A stretch of DNA of 47,419 nt, from contig CP070824.1 of NCBI GenBank assembly GCA_020344395.1, positions 2,823,609 to 2,871,027 on the forward strand. Direction: 5' to 3'. The stretch comes from Candidatus Zixiibacteriota bacterium. Lineage in GTDB: Bacteria; Zixibacteria; MSB-5A5; GN15; FEB-12. The translations under genes and the position numbers were made by a program. The notes under the pieces are model-generated. The model made no database searches. It was not told where the DNA came from and saw only the letters and a list, made by a program, of their open reading frames with translations. Positions within the stretch are counted from its first letter, which is position 1; each line of letters begins with the position of its first letter. Below, in pieces: positions 1 through 6,714 of this stretch.

Positions 1-1992
1 GGTCAGATAGAAATCAATGGAATCCAGTGGCACCTCGGACGGGTCGCTGTAAGGCGGCTCCGTGGCCTCAGGGTAAGACTTGACAATAGGTGTCTCCCAC
101 CCGAAAAGCGCCGCGTTGCAACCAATCGGCTCGAAATAGAAAACTGAGTCGTCAAAATACGGCATGCGGTATGGGTCCTCACGATAATATGCTTCCGGGA
201 TAAACGATGAGTCCCCGCATCCTGCGGCCGCATACTTGCACCTCAGTTCCTCAACGGTGAACCGTCGTCTGACAAGATCCCACTGAACGCTGGTTGGATT
301 CCAGACATACTTGTAATAGTCCTGAACATCGCAGGAAGCCACAAGCGTTGACGGACCTGTGCCTGGCTCCGGAGAGTAATAGATGTTGTAGCCTTCGAAA
401 TTTATCTCACGTGAGATAATATCCCGCGATGTCTCAGACAGGTGGCCGTTCCACCTCAATCGGAGCGCTGATGGGAGCGGTTCAACCCAAAGATGGGGAG
501 CCGGTGGTGCGACCACCGCACGATAATCGGGTACGCCGTCTCCCTCGGTCCAGACCGTATCCCCATTGCATACAACGTATTGACCGGCGTAGCCGTCGGA
601 ATCCGTATCCACACCCGGATTGTCGTAAACATATCCGGCCCACATGGCGTTGTACGTCAGATCACTGAAATCTAGAAACATGTAATAGACTTCGGGCTCT
701 TCCGGCAGGAAATCGGTCACACCCAGATTCTTGTGCAGGAACTTGCCGGCTACGTAGGCGAGGGCCAGAGGAACACTTTCACCCGGGCCGAGATCGAAGG
801 GACCAAACGAGAGCAGATATTTCGTATCCCATCCATCAGTTATGTCAGCCGCAATGGTCGGAGGCGGAGAGTACCATACGGAATCATCACTGAACACGGA
901 TCCGGTGTATATCTGATCGAAATCAATCTCGCCGTTGCTGAGCATATAGTACTTGTTACGATCTCCCTCGGGAGTGCCCATGCCGCCGGTTCCAAAATCC
1001 CTGTAGTTGTCGCGCCGCATCGGCCCCCAGTCAAGCGACGGGTTGCCGTTGGAAACCCACCAGTTAAATGAGACTACCGGGCTGTCAACAGGAGACTGCA
1101 GCACTCTCGTTCCCGTAACGTGCGGGCTCCATTGCGAAAAGGGATAATAGAGATCGCCGTCATTATCAGCAATCCACGCAAGATTCATCGGATATGCAAC
1201 GCCGCAGGTAACCGGCAGATACGGATCCCTTGCGGTCGGAATGAAGCCGGCCACATCGTCGAAAAATCCCGTGGGTATTACTTCTGAATGAACATCCCCG
1301 TCGACATATACGCCAAGATAGCCATCGGAAATAGCTGATGTACCGATGTTCTTGATCTGATAGCTGAAAATAACGAAATCATCAGTGTGCGGATAACTCC
1401 AGGCATACGTTTCCTGAGTGATCTCGATGTTCAGAGGCAGGTGCGGCCGACCATCAAGAAAATCCAGGGTCAATCCCGTGACGCCGGATGTAAAGGTATC
1501 GGTATAGACGGCAACGTAGTCCTGCTCGGATACCGCGCCCACTGCCTCCAGCCTTGTCGGGTCAACGGTCGAGCGAGAAATCATGTCACCGGCAGGCGAC
1601 TCATGCGGGTGCAGCTCGGCCCCGCCGCTCCAGCCGTCCCGGCCGGACGACACCAGCGTATCGGTTTCGATAATGCCGCCGATCCAGAAAGCAGCCCCGA
1701 ACAAGTATCGGCTGTTGCTGCCCGCAGGGTACTCCATGGTCGGTACCCGTTCGCCGGTAAAACAATCAAGGTCGCCGGAAGATGAGAATGGTGTCCCAAA
1801 ACTACCGTTATTGCTGACACCAAAGATGAGGTTGCCGACATCATGCTTGCCGATACAGTAAGCGGGGACAGCGGTGGCGATGGAATTCCCGGTGCTCCGT
1901 GGATATTCCGCCGACGTCCTGGCATGTACCGAAGGCGCGATAATCAGAACGGCCATGACAATCAGAAACAGAGTCAGTCCCGAGCGCACCAT
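1..1992 (-). CDS. Secreted hypothetical protein, 3'-truncated by the window edge (at least 664 codons); signal peptide, large unassigned domain, FN3-like segment near the edge
   Basis: Absent from the ORF track, presumably because it has no stop inside the window. I read plus-strand triplets 1-3, 4-6 ... up to 1990-1992 and found no tta/cta/tca, so the minus-strand frame is uninterrupted. The ATG at 1990-1992 lies 1 nt after the TGA of the upstream gene and is preceded by GGGGGAG. The N-terminus MVRSGLTLFLIVMAVLIIAPSVHA|R looks like a Sec signal peptide. Confidence 0.7.
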   Translation of the reverse strand, partial: MVRSGLTLFLIVMAVLIIAPSVHARTSAEYPRSTGNSIATAVPAYCIGKHDVGNLIFGVSNNGSFGTPFSSSGDLDCFTGERVPTMEYPAGSNSRYLFGAAFWIGGIIETDTLVSSGRDGWSGGAELHPHESPAGDMISRSTVDPTRLEAVGAVSEQDYVAVYTDTFTSGVTGLTLDFLDGRPHLPLNIEITQETYAWSYPHTDDFVIFSYQIKNIGTSAISDGYLGVYVDGDVHSEVIPTGFFDDVAGFIPTARDPYLPVTCGVAYPMNLAWIADNDGDLYYPFSQWSPHVTGTRVLQSPVDSPVVSFNWWVSNGNPSLDWGPMRRDNYRDFGTGGMGTPEGDRNKYYMLSNGEIDFDQIYTGSVFSDDSVWYSPPPTIAADITDGWDTKYLLSFGPFDLGPGESVPLALAYVAGKFLHKNLGVTDFLPEEPEVYYMFLDFSDLTYNAMWAGYVYDNPGVDTDSDGYAGQYVVCNGDTVWTEGDGVPDYRAVVAPPAPHLWVEPLPSALRLRWNGHLSETSRDIISREINFEGYNIYYSPEPGTGPSTLVASCDVQDYYKYVWNPTSVQWDLVRRRFTVEELRCKYAAAGCGDSSFIPEAYYREDPYRMPYFDDSVFYFEPIGCNAALFGWETPIVKSYPEATEPPYSDPSEVPLDSIDFYLT

Positions 1993-1993
1993 C

Positions 1994-4036
1994 TCACTCC
2001 CCCACTCCGGCCGGTGACGGTTCTGCCGATCGGGGCAGGCCTTGCCGGTATCTGTGACGCACAGCGGCAGTGTCAATCAGCACCGGTGCCCCGGGGTATC
2101 TCAGTTCTCGCACCGGTTCAGTGAGATAGGGATCATACAGCCAGCTCAGCATATCGTTGACGGCAAGCTGCGCTGCTGACTCTTCGAAAGCATACGGGGT
2201 GAACATCCACACCGCCGTCCGGAAAGCCGACGTCGCGTATCGCATAGCCACAGGTCGGCCGTGAAAGTTGTAGTTGGGATCGTTCAACCAGTGTTCTGCT
2301 CCAAACAGTGAATTATACAGGTACATCGGCACCGAACCTGGCTTACGAACAAACCAGTCCACCTCCGGCAGGACGGCAAGGGTATCAATCCACGGATAAT
2401 GATCTTTCCATGCGTAGCGCCGGTGAAGCAGTGCGGTGTCAATCGGCAGATCAGGCCATGAACCTGCATCGAGAGTAAGAGCGCCCGCGAAATCCTCGAT
2501 CCTCTGTGAGTTGACGAAGATGTGCCATTCCCAGCCCGAATACACGGAGTTTTCTATGCCGAAGTAGTACCCGAGCGCATCAGCGAACTCTGACCGCAGA
2601 GTCGGGAAAACATCGAAGTTCGGTTCCCCGCCATCACAGCCGTACCACTGAGCACGGCCGCACAACCAGACATTTACACCGAGATCGAGAGCAGTGAAGA
2701 GGTCCTGTCTGATCGTCAGGTCGGCCAGGCCTCCGGGAAACGAATTGTCGTTAAGGATCAGCAGCATTTTGCCCGACAGCATCCGCTGCAGCGTAAAACG
2801 ATCGCCGTTGGTCGCGGTCGGGACATAATAATCGCCGGCCGAATCATAGTTTACGGTTGTTCCCGTGGCGACGGCCCAGTTATCGATAGCTCGCGCCCAG
2901 AAGGCACGGGCACTGTCCAGAATACGACCGTTGACACTATACGCAATCTGCAGGTCAGCGATATAGATATCGTGTTCGAACTTCGGATCGATCACTATCA
3001 CCGGCACCAGAGCCGGAGTGGGGTCATACAGACCGGGATCCACCGGGTCGCGTGAACGAACCCAGAAGATGAATCTCATCATCTCAGTGGTATCTGAGAG
3101 TGCCGCCTGGAAAACATCGTAAAGCTCGTCAAGCGTGTCGGCCACCCATTCATCTGTCCCGTCATAAGAGTTTAAGGCAATCCGGTTGAACCGCTCGTCA
3201 GACTTGAACTCGTAATCGTCAACGGTCAGAATGGTGTCAAGCATACCCAGCGGACCACTAACCTGGATAGTATCGATCAGAACTGTATCGCAGACAATCT
3301 GAAAGCCGGTTGGATCGATCTCCACCGGCACCGGAATGGTATCACAGACCAGAAAAGTCTCGTTGTCCCCAACAAAGAAGATCTCACCGTTCAGTCTGCG
3401 GAACACTCTCCGGACAAACCTGTCCATCAGTTCTTCGTAGGTTGTGTCCCTCGCCGGATCGTACGATCCGGTCTGCTCCAGTGAAAAATTGGCTGGATAC
3501 GGCCCGTACAGCCTCCATTCGTAGTCGAAATCAGGCTGCGAGTACGGATGGTCCACCGGATCGGACCCCATCCACTCAGCAGGTATCCCGGTGGCCGGAT
3601 TACCCGGTTCACTTGCGTTTATGTAAGTCAGGTAGTCCCATCCTGCCGGACTCCTGATCTCTGTTCTTGGGGGTGTATTGAACGGCTCCGGGCAGCCGGG
3701 AAGCTCAGTATAGCTGATGAACAGAAAGTCTATCAGCCGGGTCAGGTCGCCGACATCGACCACCCCGTCCGGGCTGCCGTCGATATTGGCCTCGGCCCGG
3801 TTCAGGAGAGGCGCATGGGACATGTACAAATAGTCAATCAGGAGAGTAAGGTCGCTGATATCAACGAGGTCTTTGTAATCACAGTCAACGTTGCCGACCC
3901 TGCCGACACAACAGCAGCCGGCTGTGGAACTCACACAGTCGGTTTCGCCTCTGGCCGCCGGCAAAATACACGTAATGGCGAGACCGAGAAATACCGATAA
4001 TCTGCCATACCGCCCGATCCCGAACCTGTCAATCAT
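1994..4036 (-). CDS. Secreted protein with an N-terminal Cys-framed dockerin-like module followed by ~560 aa of unassigned domain
   Basis: 680-aa ORF with SD GGGAGGAATTAA before the ATG. Signal peptide is ...VFLGLAITCILPAARG. Residues ~39-116 (GCCCVGRVGNVDCDYKDLVDISDLTLLIDYLYMS...EANIDGSPDGVVDVGDLTRLIDFLFISYTELPGCP) match the module that is C-terminal in eight other island proteins. Confidence 0.85.
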   Translation of the reverse strand: MIDRFGIGRYGRLSVFLGLAITCILPAARGETDCVSSTAGCCCVGRVGNVDCDYKDLVDISDLTLLIDYLYMSHAPLLNRAEANIDGSPDGVVDVGDLTRLIDFLFISYTELPGCPEPFNTPPRTEIRSPAGWDYLTYINASEPGNPATGIPAEWMGSDPVDHPYSQPDFDYEWRLYGPYPANFSLEQTGSYDPARDTTYEELMDRFVRRVFRRLNGEIFFVGDNETFLVCDTIPVPVEIDPTGFQIVCDTVLIDTIQVSGPLGMLDTILTVDDYEFKSDERFNRIALNSYDGTDEWVADTLDELYDVFQAALSDTTEMMRFIFWVRSRDPVDPGLYDPTPALVPVIVIDPKFEHDIYIADLQIAYSVNGRILDSARAFWARAIDNWAVATGTTVNYDSAGDYYVPTATNGDRFTLQRMLSGKMLLILNDNSFPGGLADLTIRQDLFTALDLGVNVWLCGRAQWYGCDGGEPNFDVFPTLRSEFADALGYYFGIENSVYSGWEWHIFVNSQRIEDFAGALTLDAGSWPDLPIDTALLHRRYAWKDHYPWIDTLAVLPEVDWFVRKPGSVPMYLYNSLFGAEHWLNDPNYNFHGRPVAMRYATSAFRTAVWMFTPYAFEESAAQLAVNDMLSWLYDPYLTEPVRELRYPGAPVLIDTAAVRHRYRQGLPRSAEPSPAGVGE
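3689..3922 (-). repeat. Cys-framed dockerin-like module, N-terminal copy (in 1994..4036)
   Basis: AGCCCVGRVGNVDCDYKDLVDISDLTLLIDYLYMSHAPLLNRAEANIDGSPDGVVDVGDLTRLIDFLFISYTELPGCP. Confidence 0.8.
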
Positions 4037-4167
4037 TTAATTCCTCCCGTCAGAACGCACCTCATGCCAGAGACGCACAGCGATCCTGCCTGTTCAATAA
4101 AAAAACCCAATGAAGAACAACAAGTGCTGGTATGTCTGCAACCTGTCGATGTCTACCGAACAGGCGC

Positions 4168-4785
4168 TTATTTCAGGATTCGGGCGATGGCGTCCGCTAC
4201 GTAATCAGGCTTGACCTTATCATCTATATCCCCCCCAATGAACACTTCGCCGAGGACTTTCCCGTTATTGTCAAGGATCTTTATGTCCACCCTGCTGACA
4301 ACATCCCCTTTCCCCCATCCGACGGAAAGACTCCGATAATTATAATCATCCTCGACTGCACTGTATCCGTACTGGTGCTCCTCGGCCAATTCCTGGGAGA
4401 ATTTCTCCGCATCAGGGGTTGACATACCCCACGACCTGATCTTTTTCCCATAGAGTTTGATCTCGATAGTCCCCACGACCGGCACATTCTCGAGGAGCTT
4501 GATGTCATGCTTCGAGGTGAGTGCCTTCCTTATCGTCTCCACGTATTCAAGACAGTGATCCGCCACCGTGTATTTTGACTGGTATTCAGACAGATCAATC
4601 TCGACGCGGGAACTGTCCTGCTCCGCCTGTGCCTGCGCTTCACCGTCCCACGTGACCCGCCAGCTGTCGATGAACCGGGCCTCACCATAAATCGACGTCT
4701 GTTTGACGGCCGGTTTGGAACAGCCGGTCAGCAGAATGCACCCTAATATTGGGAACGCAAACAATGGAGCCAATAAATTGCGCAT
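4168..4785 (-). CDS. Small lipoprotein, function unknown
   Basis: 205-aa ORF with SD AGGAGA 5 nt before the ATG. Lipobox is FPILGCILLTG|CSKP. I recognise no family. It is the only small protein in the island and the only one besides the edge gene without the dockerin-like module. Confidence 0.75.
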   Translation of the reverse strand: MRNLLAPLFAFPILGCILLTGCSKPAVKQTSIYGEARFIDSWRVTWDGEAQAQAEQDSSRVEIDLSEYQSKYTVADHCLEYVETIRKALTSKHDIKLLENVPVVGTIEIKLYGKKIRSWGMSTPDAEKFSQELAEEHQYGYSAVEDDYNYRSLSVGWGKGDVVSRVDIKILDNNGKVLGEVFIGGDIDDKVKPDYVADAIARILK

Positions 4786-4837
4786 AGGCTTCTCCTGTCT
4801 CGGCCACCGCAGAGTGGCTCAACCACAGGAAAGTTAC

Positions 4838-4867
4838 ATTGTACACCCCGGTCAGGCAAGCAGTCAA
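4838..4867 (-). promoter_or_regulatory. Candidate sigma-70-type promoter for the lipoprotein gene
   Basis: Minus strand: TTGACT (4867-4862), 18-nt spacer, TACAAT (4843-4838), ~53 nt upstream of the ATG at 4785. This is a pattern match only. Confidence 0.35.
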
Positions 4868-4906
4868 TTCAGATGGCCTGCCCGGCCTCGTGCTGAAAAC
4901 CGCCCC

Positions 4907-5131
4907 CTACGGGCACTCCGCCAGCGGGTCGTAGCTGATGAAGAGAAAATCAATCAGGGCCGTGAGGTCTCCGATGTCAACCGGACTGATACCATCCACG
5001 TTGGCTTCAGCCATGCAGCCGGGCTCCTCAAAACTGATAAAGAGATAGTCAATCAGCCTGGTAAGATCACCAATATCGACAACATTTTCCGGGTCACCGT
5101 CGACGTTACCGACCTGCCCTGTACAACAAGA
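4907..5131 (-). repeat. Cys-framed dockerin-like module, C-terminal copy
   Basis: SCCTGQVGNVDGDPENVVDIGDLTRLIDYLFISFEEPGCMAEANVDGISPVDIGDLTALIDFLFISYDPLAECP-stop. Confidence 0.85.
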
Positions 5132-6259
5132 GACAATCTGTGTCCGGTTGAACCAGATTCTGGTAGCACCTCCATCAAAGTCGTTGACGACTAAATCGAC
5201 AAGGTGATCCCCATTCAAATCGCACCCTGATGGATCAGTGCTCAATATCTCCGTGCTAATGCCGAACTCACTCGCGACATATCCCCCACCGCCATCATTG
5301 ACATATAGCTGGTGCAGCATCCCATTGCTCGTCAGTACAATATCAGGGAACGCGTCGGCGTTAAAATCACGCACACACACAGCCCCGAAGTATGTGTTTG
5401 CCAGAACGAGGTCAGAAAAACTGAACGAGCCGGTGCCATCGTTCAGCAGAATTCTGGTCGGAGCAGCTTCGAGAGTAAATCCCGTGGTGACCACAGCATC
5501 GATGTCGCCGTCGTTATCCAGGTCGCCAAAGCCGACATCTCCCGCCAGAAGGGAGGGATCTTCGAGAAAAGACGATTGGGTGAAGTTTCCGGAGCCATCG
5601 TTCTCCATGGTCCTGTAGCCAACGGACGATACACATTCAATGCAGTCCAGGTCTCCGTCAGCATCCAGATCAGCGAAATCCGTGCAGTACGCGGCGATAA
5701 CACTGCTTTCCTGGAAATTACCGTTGCCGTCGTTCTTATAAATCACGTCGGGAAGAGAGAAGTATTCAACTATGATATCAGGGTCCTGGTCGCTGTCGAT
5801 ATCGTGCACCTGGACGTGGCCGCCCCCCTTGGATATGTCACCAAACTGTTGTCCCGACTTGGTGAAGTGCCCGCTCCCGTCATTCAGATAGATAGCACTG
5901 CCGTGGGAGGTGCTGGTCGAGGTAACAAAGAAGTCGATGTCACCGTCGAAATCGAAATCAGCCATACCTATTCCGTGTCCTTCCGTGTAAGGTAGGCTCT
6001 GCCCTGAACCGGTCAGGTGCCCGCTGCCATCATTGAAATAGACGATTATCACGTGCTGGTCGTAAATGGGGAACACAACATCCTGATCCTGGTCACCATC
6101 GATATCGGCCAGTCCTACCTCGAAAACCAACCACGGTCCGAACGTCTGCGGGCTGACCTCAAATAGGACGCTTGGGGGAGTTCCCCCATCCGAGCCGAAT
6201 CCGTTCACCAAAAACAGGGGCACAAACAGCATGCAAAATACTATGATTTTTCTCCGCAT
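4907..6259 (-). CDS. FG-GAP/VCBS-type seven-repeat beta-propeller protein with C-terminal dockerin-like module
   Basis: Track ORF is 4907..6292. I prefer the ATG at 6259 (MRRKIIVFCMLFVPLFLVNG, signal peptide) because GAGGAG sits 5 nt upstream. Seven Ca-loop repeats are visible (DIDGDQDQDVV, DFDFDGDIDFF, DIDSDQDPDII, DLDADGDLDCI, DLDNDGDIDAV, DFNADAFPDIV, DLNGDHLVDLV). The C-terminus is the module. Confidence 0.85.
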   Translation of the reverse strand: MRRKIIVFCMLFVPLFLVNGFGSDGGTPPSVLFEVSPQTFGPWLVFEVGLADIDGDQDQDVVFPIYDQHVIIVYFNDGSGHLTGSGQSLPYTEGHGIGMADFDFDGDIDFFVTSTSTSHGSAIYLNDGSGHFTKSGQQFGDISKGGGHVQVHDIDSDQDPDIIVEYFSLPDVIYKNDGNGNFQESSVIAAYCTDFADLDADGDLDCIECVSSVGYRTMENDGSGNFTQSSFLEDPSLLAGDVGFGDLDNDGDIDAVVTTGFTLEAAPTRILLNDGTGSFSFSDLVLANTYFGAVCVRDFNADAFPDIVLTSNGMLHQLYVNDGGGGYVASEFGISTEILSTDPSGCDLNGDHLVDLVVNDFDGGATRIWFNRTQIVSCCTGQVGNVDGDPENVVDIGDLTRLIDYLFISFEEPGCMAEANVDGISPVDIGDLTALIDFLFISYDPLAECP

Positions 6260-6429
6260 ACACACTCCTCGGGGCAAAACATTCATGCGCATATAGAACT
6301 ACAGTTATCAGCAATTGACATCACAGCCGCCCTCCCGCCGGAAGACCCGATTATATTCATGACCGGTCTGAGGTAATGGTACCAGGTTATCGAATACCGT
6401 CCTCTCAGACAGGGCTCTGATATATCAAT

Positions 6430-6457
6430 AGTATAACGGCTGTTCTCGGCCAAACAA
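6430..6457 (-). promoter_or_regulatory. Candidate promoter inside the conserved intergenic block, upstream of the FG-GAP gene
   Basis: Minus strand: TTGTTT, 16-nt spacer, TATACT. The homologous block at 10706..10733 conserves both hexamers and the spacing. Confidence 0.35.
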
Positions 6458-6486
6458 GCAGAAACTCAAATTTACAGCTCAGCCGA

Positions 6487-6714
6487 TCACGGGCACTCCG
6501 CCAATGGGTCGAAGCTGATGAAGAGATAGTCAATCAATTTGGTCACATCGCCGATATCGATCGATCCCAGACCGTCGACGTTGGCCTCATCAGGGCAAAC
6601 AGGCTCAACGTAACTGATAAAGAGATAGTCGATTAGTCGTGTCAGGTCACCTATATCGACGATGTGTGCAGGATCGTTATCGATGTTACCGGTGACAAAT
6701 AGACAGCAGTCGCA
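6487..6714 (-). repeat. Cys-framed dockerin-like module, C-terminal copy
   Basis: CDCCLFVTGNIDNDPAHIVDIGDLTRLIDYLFISYVEPVCPDEANVDGLGSIDIGDVTKLIDYLFISFDPLAECP-stop. Confidence 0.85.

Noticed and set aside
4037-4167. A T7 run (minus strand GGGTTTTTTTA, plus strand around 4098-4107) after the lipoprotein gene, as a terminator.
   Set aside because: I could not find a convincing GC-rich stem immediately upstream of the T-run on either strand.
4907-5131. The shared C-terminal module as a known sorting tag (T9SS CTD, PEP-CTERM, LPXTG, GlyGly-CTERM, MYXO-CTERM).
   Set aside because: It has no terminal hydrophobic helix plus basic tail, no LPXTG or PEP motif, and is too short and helical for a T9SS beta-sandwich CTD. 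One copy is N-terminal. The EF-hand/helix duplication fits dockerin better. A novel sorting role is not fully excluded.
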